Assembly: GCF_032191835.1 (NCBI RefSeq) | Contig: NC_083237.1 | Location: forward strand, 38,688,001 to 38,752,000 | DNA: 64,000 nt | From: Heteronotia binoei | Taxonomy: Eukaryota | Direction of reading: 5' to 3' | Shown here: positions 12,180 through 23,350 of the stretch, piece after piece | Layout: each line of letters starts with the position of its first letter | Position numbering within the stretch: the first letter of the stretch is position 1 | The notes under the pieces: generated by a model | Databases searched by the model: none | What the model was told of the DNA's origin: nothing | What the model saw: the letters and a program-made list of their open reading frames with translations, nothing else | Program-made: the position numbers and the translations under genes

Positions 12180-14035
12180 TTGCTTTGAACTTCTTCTCCA
12201 GACTAAACATCCCCAGCTCCTTCAACCTTTCCTCATAGAACTTGGTCTCCAAACTCCTCACCATCTTTGTCACCCTCCTCTGGACCCATTCTAGCTTGTC
12301 TATATCCTTCTTAAAATGTGGAGCCCAAAACTGAATACAATACCCCAGGTGAGGTCTTACCAGAGCAGAGTAAAGCGATACCATCACATATTGTGATCTG
12401 GACACTATACTTCTGTTGATACAGCCCAAAATGGCATTTGCCTTCTTAGCCACCGCATCACACTGTTGACTAATGTTCAGCATATGATCCACTAAAATCC
12501 CTAGATCCTTTTCGCACATACTACTGCTAAGACAAGTCTCCCCCATCCTATAATCATGCACTGGATTTTTCCTACCTAAATGTAGAAATTTACATTTATC
12601 CCTGTTAAAATTCATTTTATTGATTTTAGCCCAGTTTTCCAGCCTGTCAAGGTCATCCTGTATCCTGTTTCTGCCTTCTTTTGAGTTTGCAATCTCTCCC
12701 AATTTAGTATCATCTGCAAATTTAGTAAGCATTCCCTCTATTCCTTCAACCAAATCATTTATAAAGATGTTGAACAATACAGATCCCAGGACAGAACCTT
12801 GAGGCCCTCCACTTGTGACTCCTCTCCAAGAGGATGAGGAACCATTCACAAGCACTCTTTGGGTGCGATCTATCAACCAGTTACAGATCCACCTAATGGT
12901 AACAGGATCCAAACCCCATTTTACCAACTTGTCAACAAGGATAGTATGTGGAACTTTATCAAAAGCCTTATTGAAATCAAGATAAGCAATGTCTACAGCA
13001 TTCCCCTGATTCAGCAAGGTAGTCACTTTCTCAAAAAAAGAGAACAGGCTAGTCTGATGTTCTTGAGAAAACCATGCTGGCTCTTAGTAATCACATCCAT
13101 TCTTTCTAAATGTTCCAGGACCGACTGTTCGATGATTTGTTCTAAAACTTTTCCAAGTATAGATGTCAAGCTGATGGGTCGGTAGTTACCTGGATCATCT
13201 TTTTTCCCCTTCGCCCGCCTCCAATCTTCCAGCACCTCTCCTGTTCTCCAGGAATTCTCAAAAATAATAGCCAGAGGCTCAGAAATTACATCCTCAAGCT
13301 TTTTTAGAACTCTTGGATGCAATTCATCTGGCCCTTAGGACTTAGTTTCATTTAAAGAAACTGTTTATGTACTACCCCTATGCTGATCCTAGGTTGGAAC
13401 TTCATACCCTCCTTATATGTTCTGTTTTTGCCATGTTTAGCACCATTTCCCTCCAAAGAGAAGACTGAGGAAAAGTAGGAATTGAGCAGTTCCACCCTCT
13501 CATTACCTGTTACAATTTCACTTTCTTGCCCTCGCAATGGGCTTACTATATCCTTGCCCTTTTTCTTACTCTGAACATAAGAAAAGAACCCTTTTTTTGT
13601 TGTTTTTAGCATCTTTGGCCAGTCTAAGCTCATACTGAGCTTTAGCTTTCCTAACTTTTTCTCTACAAGCACTGGTGATTTGTTTATATTCATCCTTGGT
13701 TATAAGGCCCTCCTTCCAATTCCTAAAGGAGTCTTTTTAATTTCTCAAGTCTTTAGAGAGCTGTTTATGGAGCCACTTCGGCTTCTTTAGGCTTTTTCCA
13801 TTTTTTCTTCTCATAGGAATCGTCTGTGATTATGTTTTCAGTATTTCACTTTTAAGAAACTCCCACCCCTCCTGAACCCCCTTCCTTCTAAGTATCTCTG
13901 ACCATGGGATTTTACCCAGCATAGTTCTAAGTTTATCAAACTTTGCCTTTCTGAAGTCCAACTTATAAGTCTGACTACGTATACCTTTTCCCTTTGCTAA
14001 GACTGTAAATTCCAAAATCATATGGTCACTACTGT
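12180..14035 (-). mobile_element. CR1 LINE ORF2 fragment (endonuclease end through RT), frameshifted and truncated at both ends
   Basis: ORF pieces give SDHMILEF, PGNYRPISLTS, YLDFNKAFDKVPH, PQGSVLG, KFADDTKL and ELGMFSLEK. Confidence 0.92.
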
Positions 14036-16269
14036 CCAGGGTGTAGCTTCTGTGCGATTGATCAAGCCTGGCAAAGCAATCTGTGATGCAGAAGGAAGCA
14101 AGAGTGAGGGAAAAGGAAATGGACAACAACCAGTTGTTTGGGGGGCTGAAATGAGCTTTCTAGGGGCCTGATTTGGCCCCTGGGCTGAATGTTTGACACT
14201 CCTGCTTTAAATGGTCTGGGACCAGAGTATTCAAATTATTGCATGGTATCATATGAACTTTCCTCAAAGTTAAAATCTGGTGCAGAGGCTCTTCTCTATG
14301 TGCCTTCGTCTTCCAAAGTAATGAGAGTGGTTGGTTTCTATAGGTGTTTTTTTTCCTGTTGTAATGCATCATTTATGGAATAGCTTCCCTGTATCTGTTC
14401 ATTTGACACACCTGAATTTTAGATGCCGGGTTCAGATACTCTAATTTCCCCAGACATTTGGCTAAAGGCAAAATACTACCCCCACACAAGCACTCCTCTT
14501 GGTTGTCTTAGCATGCCATATTATTTTAAAACTGCATGTTTATTATCTTTATTGTAATGGGCTAAATCCAGTGGTGGGATTCAGCCAGTTCGCACCGGTT
14601 CTACCAAACCGATACCTAATGTGCTATCGGATCGGCAGAACCGTTTGTTGGCCGGGTGCCTCCTGTTAATTTTTATTACTTTTTTTGTCCACCGCAGCTT
14701 GCCCTGGCCTGGACAATGGAGCCTCCAGCAGCCTAGCTCAGGAATCCATTCCCTTGAGCTGCAATCTTGGGTGCATACAGGCCCAGCGCTCCACCGTTGG
14801 GAGCTCATGGCTGCTGCTTCCGCAGGTGCCTCGCTGCTCTATGCCTTTAAGGGGAGGGTGGTGACAGAAGGGTGGGGGAGGCTGGTTTCGGGGAGCTCTG
14901 CCTGCGCACTGTGATCCCCTCGGCTGGTCCGGGAGAAGAGGAACGGAGATAATGTGCAGGCAGGTGGGAAGGCGGGCCCTGAACAGGGAAAGGAGCGCGC
15001 AGGCAAAGCAGCCCATTGTGGGGCTCTGAAAGGAACCACCGGGAAGGGCCTGAGAAGTGGCGCTCATTGGGTTGGGGAACAAAGGGGGGGCAGGCACAAA
15101 GGGCGAGATTGACGGCCCGCGCTGCCCCCATGCTGGGCTCGGGCAGGCAAACGAGCTGCGGTTTTGTTCCCCTGCTTTTTCCCCAGCGGGCAGGGGGCGG
15201 GCGGGCAGTGGCTTGGGAGTCGCTGTTCAAGGCCGGCTTTGTCTTGCCGGACCTGGGAAGGCCGGAGGGCAGCTGAAGCCTGCACAGACACAACCAGCGG
15301 TGCTCCCTCCATCCAAAAGGGGGCTGGGAGGAGGTGGGGGGGCTTGGAGAATGGTGCTATTGGCACCGACCCGGAAGAGCCCTCGTGGCCAAGGCCCAAG
15401 CAGAGCTTTGCAGGTGGGGTCTGCCATCTCCCCCGCCCCCCCAACCACAAGGACCAGTGGCCCACGAGCGCGCCTGAGCCGGCCACGTCTTGTCTCGCTT
15501 GTCAGAGGCCCGGCAGGAGTGCAGCATCAGTGGTGGTCACGACGACCCGAGCGCGCAGTTCCAGAGCCAGGGAAGGCTCGGCAGAAAAGTGGCAGAGCTG
15601 GGGGGCGAGGTGGGGGAGGAGGAAGGTGGCTTGCTGGGATCATTCCCCCCCAAAAAACCAAACCCCTTGGTTAAACGCGATGTCCCTTCAGCACACAAGC
15701 GGCTGGCTGGGCTGTGGGCTAGCGGGAAGGGGCTTCCTTCCTGAGCTGCTGGCTTTCTGTGGGCAGAAAGTCTCCGGCGGAGGCAACGCGCCTGCAAAGC
15801 CAGAGGCACCCCCATGCCGCCGCTCTGGTCCTTTGGCCGCCGCTCTCGGCTCCCCGCTTCTCTTCTCTCCTGCCGCTCGCCTGCCTGCCCCACTTGGGGA
15901 GCGCAGCCTCCAGGTGGAGCACAAAAACAGCGGGATCTCCCCTCCACCCCAGCCTCTCCGGCGTGCAGAACTGCTGAGGCTGCCAAAGGGCAGCCATCCG
16001 GGGTCTGTGCACAGTCACGGGAGATATCCTTGGTTCCCTTTTGCTCCACGGAGCAAAGCTTCCCCCAGTTGCTCAGCTGGCAGCCAAGACAGGGACTCTC
16101 TCTTGGGTTCCCAGTCGATGCCGAGGGTAAACTGACTAGGCCAGACCAAATGGCTGGCTGGCTCCCACCCAGGCCACGGGTCATGAAACTGTTCTGCCCG
16201 GTCGGTGACAACCGCTTTGCTAGAAGGCGGCATAGTCAGGCTGGATTCAAGCAGGGAACTCTGGGCTGG

Positions 16270-16452
16270 ATGGTCCAGGCTAGTCCCACCTTTTCAGATC
16301 CTGGAACCTAAGCAGGGCAGGCCCTGGCTAAGGCTTGGGTGGGAGACCACCAAGGAACTCCAAGGTTGCCGGGCAGGCAGAGCCAGGGAATGGCAAACCA
16401 CCTCTGGCCTTGGAAAACCTACAGTCGGCTGCAACTTGACGGTGCTTTCTGC
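16270..16452 (+). mobile_element. 5S rRNA-derived SINE (5S-Sauria type)
   Basis: cagatcctggaacctaagcagggcaggccctggctaaggcttgggtgggagacc resembles the 5S rRNA internal control region, followed by the Bov-B-like tail ggcaaaccacctct...cttgacgg. Confidence 0.7.
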
Positions 16453-16909
16453 CACCAAGAGAAAGGGATTCCCCGAAGTGCAGCATGTCACACCTGAGGG
16501 GCCCTGTGGTTGCTGCCCCTCTTGATGCTTTAGGCCCAGGGGGTCGTGAAAAGCGCAGGGGAAAGGCCGGCCCGGTCCCCTCCAGTGAGGCTGCGCATCA
16601 CAACCTTGTCATCGTGTGAGGTGCATCACAGCCGAGGCTGCCAAGAATTTCATCCCCCTTGACCTTAAGTGGTAGCCATCTGCAATAACGACAGCGACCT
16701 AGCTTTCGCCCTGCTCACAAGTTGCAAGCAACTCAGGTCCAATCCGTCTACAGCTGTACACTTGAATAAGAGATGTGTTGCGCAATTCTCCAGGCCTCTG
16801 GACCCTGATACAAACCCCACATTTGTCCATGGTTTGAAAAGTGAATGCCTTTTGGATCCTTCTTACAAAAAATTGTACTCACATTGGGCAGAATGTAGAA
16901 GCGATCATT

Positions 16910-17020
16910 GTAACTTATGAACATGATTTTTCTTTGCTCAAATTAATCAGAATGTCTCAGAAACAAGCTTAATTTGTTTCTGATTAATTTGAGCAAAGAA
17001 AAATCATGTTCATAAGTTAC
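16910..17020. repeat. Perfect 43-bp inverted repeat with a 25-nt spacer
   Basis: 16910-16952 is the exact reverse complement of 16978-17020. Confidence 0.95.
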
Positions 17021-17402
17021 TAATTAGAGAAAAGAGGACTTACTCCGAGTGACGGAGGACTCTCATTTGCCCTAAGAGACCAACATATGCTCTTCCTCCC
17101 ACTGGTCTGTCTGAAGGGGTGCCTGCAAGGAAACAAGCAGAGGGTTGCTGGGGCTAGTTCTCTTCACACTCAAGCTTCCCCCCCAACCCCTCCCCCCATA
17201 CTATCGCTATGGAAGCCTATATTCGCATTTTTATGTACTTTAGAAGCAGGGATTTATAAAACTCAACCACCCCAATTTAATTGCAACAGAAAGACCTGTG
17301 ATCTCGTGTATATAGAACTGAACTAGAACCGAATGGAGTTTGCAATCCTGAACCCTTAGGATCGCCAGGTTCCTGCATCCTGAACAGTCCTGACAGGAAT
17401 AA

Positions 17403-17516
17403 GGGTGTATTCACACTACACTCTAAATAAAGCATTTTGCAACTGGATTTTTACTGTGTAAGAATAGCAAAAATCTAGTTGCAAAACACATTATTTAATG
17501 TAGTGTGAATGCACCC
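17403..17516. mobile_element. Palindromic MITE (PIF/Harbinger-like)
   Basis: TIRs GGGTGTATTCACACTACA and TGTAGTGTGAATGCACCC, flanked by TAA and AAA (imperfect 3-bp TSD). Confidence 0.6.
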
Positions 17517-17607
17517 AAACTTTAGTGAGAATTTTCTTGGCATTATAATGCAATGATGGGAAAATGTGTCCTCTGTTGGTATAGTGTGTTAAAACTGGAA
17601 CCTCTAA

Positions 17608-18039
17608 TGTCAAGTCTGCTATGGGTTACTCAATATCTGTATTAAGGTTGGTTCTGAAGTGAAGGAGTCTGGGTACTTTACAGTGTACACCGGGGGCTGC
17701 TAGCTCACTCTCCTGCCCCCTCTCTAGAAATGCCTTTGTTGTGTAACCTGCTTTGAAATGCTAACCTGTGAACAAGATAGTGGCGCCTTCCCAGCCTTGT
17801 TCTCTGTGGGGAGTATGGGGTGTCAAGACTTCGGTCTGGGAACGAAAGAAGTAGCATCCTAGTGTGAAGATGTGTTGCATAGATTGCCCCCCGTAGGAAT
17901 CCTTTAGATTCATACTTTAAATACTGGATTAGTGCATATGTGTTTCAGTCCTTCAATCTCTGCCATGGTCCACAGTTCTGATTACAATAAACTTGCTACT
18001 TTATCAAGAGACTCGTTATTGAATTCAGCCGACTTGACA
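17608..18039 (+). repeat. 5' LTR (432 bp)
   Basis: 7-bp terminal inverted repeat, TATA-like TTTAAATA at 17916-17923, Inr-like TCAGT centred on A17947, AATAAA at 17986-17991. Confidence 0.95.
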
Positions 18040-18041
18040 TT

Positions 18042-18051
18042 TTGAAGGACT
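18042..18051 (+). promoter_or_regulatory. Primer-binding site TTGAAGGACT, complementary to the element's own LTR (self-priming type)
   Basis: Exact reverse complement of AGTCCTTCAA at 17947-17956. It lacks the TGG start of tRNA-type PBSs. Confidence 0.75.
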
Positions 18052-18092
18052 CCCTATCTTGGAGTTCAACCTTTCCGGCAACTGAAAAGGCG

Positions 18093-19590
18093 ATGTCCGA
18101 ACAGTCTCCGGAGAATGGAGGATTCCCAACCAGAGTGGAGGGGGCCGAGACACCCTGGCACATCCATACTGCCAGAAGGACCGCGGCCTCCCCTCCACAG
18201 TTTCAGCTGGTGGCGACCCCACGGCAATACCAGCCAAGAACCTCCACTACGCTGATGGATCAAGCCCCGGTCCGTCGGGAGGCGATCATGACCCGCCACA
18301 CCAAGCGGGTCCAACTGGCCGAGGCCGCCGCCGTCCACCCGGGCGAGGCGAGCGAAGGCGCCAGCGCCGCGGGGGCGCAGGACCTCGAGAGTGGAAGCGA
18401 AGGGGCCGAGTGCGGAGCGGAGGACGGAGGGGCGAGCCCCAAGGACCAGACCGATGAGGAGTACGAGACGTTTCGCGCGATGGTCCGCAGGGAGATCGAC
18501 GGGGCGGTGAGAGACCTAAAGGACCAGATGCAGACCCTGACCGCGCAGCTGGGCAGAGCGCTGGGGGTGACCGGGGCTCGCCAGCAACAGCCAGCCCCGG
18601 CGGGTCCGCGGGGACCCCCGGCTCGACAGGGCCCCGCCGCTCCTCCACCCGGAGCGGCCCCGCAAGCCCCAGCGGCGCCCCCCCTGCCCCGGTCAGACAA
18701 AGAGACCTGGGGGGGGCCGGGAGCTGGACGCCACGTTCGACGGGGACCCGGAGGAAGTGAACTACTTCGTGATCCAAGCAAACAGCTACATGCACTACTG
18801 GGGGGACTCATTCCCCGATGAGATGAGCCGCGTGGACTACCTCGGGTCGAAGCTACGGGGCGCAGCGAAGAAGTGGTATGTGAGCCTATGCGAAACCAAC
18901 AGCCCGGTCCTCCATTTCGTAAACACTTTCGTGCAGGCCCTGCTGACCCAGTACGAGGACCCCCTGCAAGAAACCCGAGCGCTGGCGGCGCTGCGGAACA
19001 TGAAGCAAGGGGCCCGATCCATCCGGGAGTACGCGGCCGACTTCCAGGCCAACGCCGCCCGGGCTCGGAACTGGAACAAGGTGATGAAGATCGAGCACTT
19101 CACCAATGGGCTGAACCCGAGCATCCTGGATAGAGCGCTCACGCAAGCCCGCCCCGATACCCTGGTGGGGTGGATTCAGCTGGCGGGGGAGGTGGAGACC
19201 AACCTGAAACGAGTGGCGATGCTGCGCCAAGCACTGGCCGCCGGCAGGGGAACGCCGAAAGCAAGCCCCGGGAAGGCTGAGCCACCTAAAGTCAAGAAGC
19301 AGGCGGTGGCTGCCCCGGGGGGGTCCCGACGTTGTTTTCGGTGTGGGGACCCCAACCATCTAGCCTCCGGCTGCCCCCAATCAGCCACCGGGGCCGCCCC
19401 ACCGCAGGGAGCCACCCGCCCGGGCACCCCCGGCCCCAAGAAAACCACCGGCCGCCCTAAGGACGCGGCGAAGAGCAGCGCGCTCCTGGTGCAAGACGAC
19501 CTACAAGAGGAGGAGGTGCGTCTGTCAGAGGAGCTGGCCGAGCTGGCGTGGGAAGAGGAGCCGGCGGGAAACGACGCCGACCTGCTTTGA
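18093..19590 (+). CDS. gag: Gag (capsid plus CCHC nucleocapsid), one frameshift in the G8 run at 18709-18716
   Basis: ORF 18042-18821 joins ORF 18757-19590 to give ...WGG/RELDATFDGDPEEVNYF... and the zinc knuckle CFRCGDPNHLASGC. The start Met (MSEQSPEN) is tentative. Confidence 0.85.
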
Positions 19591-19628
19591 ACGGTGCCAA
19601 CCAGCAGGTCGACCGAGAGGAGGCACCG
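19566..19628 (+). promoter_or_regulatory. -1 programmed ribosomal frameshift signal (G GGA AAC plus H-type pseudoknot)
   Basis: The heptamer at 19566-19572 is in the correct gag phase, with a 5-nt spacer. Stem 1 CGACCTGCT/AGCAGGTCG (19578-19586/19603-19611); stem 2 CGGTGCC/GGCACCG (19592-19598/19622-19628). Pol begins in the -1 frame. Confidence 0.85.
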
Positions 19629-22600
19629 CTCACGGTGAGACCCACGGGAAGGTTGTACTTTATAGTGGTCAAATTGTTGAACCCAAAGCTAAAAAGGTTC
19701 CTACAGATCCGGGCCCTCATAGACTCGGGCTGTAATAGAGAGCTGATTTCCCCCAAGGTGGTGGAGGCTCTGGGATTGAAACGCTTACAACTGCCCCACC
19801 CCATGCACTTTGAACAGATGGATGAGTCAGTAATGGGGGGGGGGAACCCTGCACGCAAGAGACTGAGCCGTGCCCCCTGGGGATTGAGGATCACTGGGAC
19901 TCAGAGACGTTTGTGATCGCGCCCGCCTGCGGCTACCCCGTGGTCCTGGGAGTGGGGTGGTTGGAAAAGCACGAGCCCCTCATCCGCTGGAGAGCCCAGA
20001 CCATCAGATTTCCCGACCCAAGTTGCAACCAGCACCTTTGGCAGGCAGCATGGGGGCCACGAGCGCCAGCCGCTCGGGAGAGGGCGTGCGTCCTGGTGGA
20101 AGAGGTGCACCATGTCCCGGACGCCTACCGCGACCTGATGGAGGTATTTAGTGAGCGGGAGGCCAACCAGCTACCCCCCCACAGGAGCACAGACTGTGCG
20201 ATAGAACTAATCCCCGGGGAAAGCCTTCCCAGGGCCAAGCTCTACCAAATGGGGTGGGCTGAGAAGAAGGAGCTGCGAAAATTCCTAGACTTGAACTTGA
20301 AAAGGGGGTTCATCAGACCCGCGACGGCCCCCCACGCGGCCCCCGTGTTGTTTAGAAAGAAAAAGGACCACAGTCTTAGGCTTTGCACGGATTTTCGTGG
20401 GATTAACGCGATTTCCATGTCAAACGCCTACCCCATCCCCCTCATCAAAGATTTGCTAAGCACGGTGGCGGGGGGGAAGATTTTCACAAAGCTTGACCTG
20501 CGGGACGCGTACTTCCGAGTGCGCATCAAGGAGGGGGATGAGTGGAAAACGGCGTTCAACACCCCGATGGGGCAATTTGAATATTTAGTCATGCCGTTTG
20601 GATTGCAAGGGGCACCGGGGGTGTTCATGAATTTCATAAATGATGTATTGCGGGAATTTCTGTACAAGGGGGTGGTGGTGTACCTTGATGACATCATTAT
20701 TTATTCGCAAGACGAACAATCCCATGTGAAACTAGTGAGGGAAGTGCTGGCCACCCTGCTGAAGCACCAGCTCTACGCCAAGCTGTCTAAATGCGAGTTC
20801 CACCGCACGGAACTAGACTATTTGGGCTTCCGGGTGTCTGGGGACGGGCTGGCCATGGATCCAGCCAAAGTTCAGGCAGTTCTAGAGTGGGCCCCCCCGA
20901 GGACACGTAGACAGCTCCAAAGTTTCCTCGGATTCTCCAATTTCTATAGGACATTCATTGAGGGGTTCGCCCAGATCGCTCTGCCCCTAACAGACCTCCT
21001 GAAGACGAAGGGGAAGGGGGAGGAGGCAAAGCGACCAGGGGCCAGGCTGAATTGGACACCGACTTGTCAGGCGGCATTCGACCGGCTTAAACAACTGTTC
21101 ACAAGCGAGCCGGTCTTAAGCCACCCAGATGAGCGGAAGGGGTTTGTGGTCCAATGCGACGCCTCCGACGTCGCCGTAGGAGCCATTCTCATGCAGAGGG
21201 ATGAGGAGGGGAAGCTGAGACCCTGCGCTTACATTTCGCGAAAGTTCTCGGAGGAGCAGAGGAACTGGTCAGTGTGGGACAAAGAGGCTTTCGCTGTCAT
21301 GTTTGCACTGAAAACTTGGAGGTCCTGGTTGGAGGGAGCCAGGGTGCCCTTTGAGATATGGACGGACCACAAAAATCTAGAGGCACTAACAGGGAAAAGA
21401 AAATTGAGTGAAAAGCAAATCAGGTGGGCGGGCTTCTTCTCCAGATTCGACTTCACCCTGAAACACATCCCGGGGACCCGCAATTTCCTAGCAGACGCCC
21501 TGTCCAGGCTCCCACAGCATGAGAGCCAGAGAGAGGAAGTGGTAGATTCCCTGATCCCCCCCACACAAGTGGCGGCTATGGTCACTACCCGATCGCAGAG
21601 GAAAAAGGAATTGAGCGGGCTAAGCAAAGAACGAATCACCCTAGAGGCCGAACGGGAGGGAGGTGGGCGGCCGGAGGGGTTGCAGAAAAGAAAAGACGCT
21701 CTTTGGTACAAGGGGGAGAAACTGTACATCCCGGAAATATTAAGGAAAGAAATTCTCCAACTATGTCACTGCTCCAAATTAGCTGGGCACTTCGGCTATG
21801 TAAAAACCTTGCACTTGGTGCACCGGCAGTTCTGGTGGCCGTCCCTAAAGAAGGATGTGTCGGACTTTGTAGCTGGTTGCCCGGTGTGTGTGATGGCAAA
21901 AAGGAGGGGGGGGGAAAACCCCCGGGACTCCTACAGCCTCTGGAAACAGCAAAACGGCCATGGGCCATGGTGTCCATGGACTTCATAGTCGAGCTACCCC
22001 CCTCCCGGGGGAAAACAGTCATACTGGTGGTGGTGGACACGTTTTCAAAACAAGCCCACTTCATCCCCTGCAGCCAATTACCCACGGCCAAGAAACTAGC
22101 GACTTTATTTTTCGACCACGTGGCCAAACATCACTCCATCCCTGACAAGGTCATAAGTGACAGGGGGCCTCAGTTCGTTGCCACCTTCTGGCGGGAGTTT
22201 TGTAAGTTACTAGGGATGGAACAGGGGCTAAGTTCTGCCTATCACCCCCAGACGGACGGACAGACTGAGAGAGTGAACAGGGTGCTAGAGCAGTACCTAC
22301 GGTGCTTTGTGAGCCTACGCCAGTCGGACTGGGTGGACCTCCTCCCCTTCGCTGAATACGCTTACAACAACAGCGCTCACAGTTCCACAAAAGCATCTCC
22401 CTTTGCAACAGTGTTCGGGTATGAGGGAAAGCCGATTCCCATGCTGCCAGGGGGGGAGGGATTGACGGGCTCAAGTTTCGAGCAATGGTGGCAAGGTCCC
22501 AGCCAATGTTGGCCAGCCATTCAAGAAAACCTGAAGCTGGCCAAGGAGGCGTATAAGAAACAGTACGATAAAAGCCATGTGCCAGTCTGGGACTTGAAGG

Positions 22601-22932
22601 TGGGGGACTCCGTGTACCTGTCAACAAAAAACCTGCCTCTGGCACAACCGTCTAGGAAATTGGCTTTTAAGTTCTTAGGGCCATTCAAAATCAAGCGGGT
22701 AATCAACCCGGTGACAGTAGAGTTAGACCTCCCCCCTGCTCTTGGTAAAGTCCACCCTGTTTTTCATTGCAGCCTACTGCGCAGATCTCCGGGGCCGTCC
22801 AAATGGCATTCACAAGATTCACCAACCCTCCCCTCGAAGGGGGAGTGCCGGAGCCTCTCGGGGCCCGAGTTCCGGAGCCATAAATGTGACTCGCCCTCCT
22901 TGCAAGGCCGCCCGGCAGGAGGGGGATCCTAG
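19572..22932 (+). CDS. pol: Pol (protease-RT-RNase H-integrase), two frameshifts in G runs, no chromodomain
   Basis: ALIDSGC protease; LDLRDAY, MPFGL and YLDD RT motifs; DAS RNase H; HHCC and SMDF...SDRGPQF...TERVN integrase; GPF motif. Frame breaks at G10 (19835-19844) and G9 (21906-21914). Confidence 0.93.
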
Positions 22933-22943
22933 GGGGGGCAGTA

Positions 22944-23350
22944 TGTCAAGTCTGCTATGGGTTACTCAATATCTGTATTAAGGTTGGTTCTGAAGTGAAG
23001 GAGTCTGGGTACTTTACAGTGTACACCGGGGGCTGCTAGCTCACTCTCCTGCCCCCTCTCTAGAAATGCCTTTGTTGTGTAACCTGCTTTGAAATGCTAA
23101 CCTGTGAACAAGATAGTGGCGCCTTCCCAGCCTTGTTCTCTGTGGGGAGTATGGGGTGTCAAGACTTCGGTCTGGGAACGAAAGAAGTAGCATCCTAGTG
23201 TGAAGATGTGTTGCATAGATTGCCCCCCGTAGGAATCCTTTAGATTCATACTTTAAATACTGGATTAGTGCATATGTGTTTCAGTCCTTCAATCTCTGCC
23301 ATGGTCCACAGTTCTGATTACAATAAACTTGCTACTTTATCAAGAGACTC
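22944..23350 (+). repeat. 3' LTR, identical by eye to the 5' LTR but lacking its last 25 nt
   Basis: Constant offset of 5336 from the 5' LTR and no mismatch seen over 407 nt. It stops at ...CAAGAGACTC. Confidence 0.92.

Larger units (their letters stand above)
17608..23350 (+). mobile_element. Ty3/gypsy LTR retrotransposon, Tf1/sushi group, near full length
   Basis: 5' LTR 17608-18039 (TGTCAAG...CTTGACA), then gag, pro, RT, RNase H and integrase, PPT AGGGGGGGCAGTA at 22931-22943, and 3' LTR 22944-23350. Confidence 0.97.

Noticed and set aside
16290-16360. 5S rRNA gene
   Set aside because: The match is partial and diverged and continues into a LINE-derived tail, so it is a 5S-derived SINE.
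14581-16525. Many overlapping ORFs up to 323 aa in the GC-rich region, considered as a novel gene or transposase
   Set aside because: Long ORFs on both strands are expected at this GC content. I recognise no domain, no hAT BED finger or DDE motifs, and the translations are low-complexity G/P/A/R-rich.
18040-18060. Conventional tRNA primer-binding site
   Set aside because: It does not begin with TGG (the complement of tRNA CCA). Self-complementarity to the LTR explains it better.
18025-19894. Antisense ORFs opposite gag/pro
   Set aside because: These are shadow ORFs of GC-rich coding sequence with no independent motif support.
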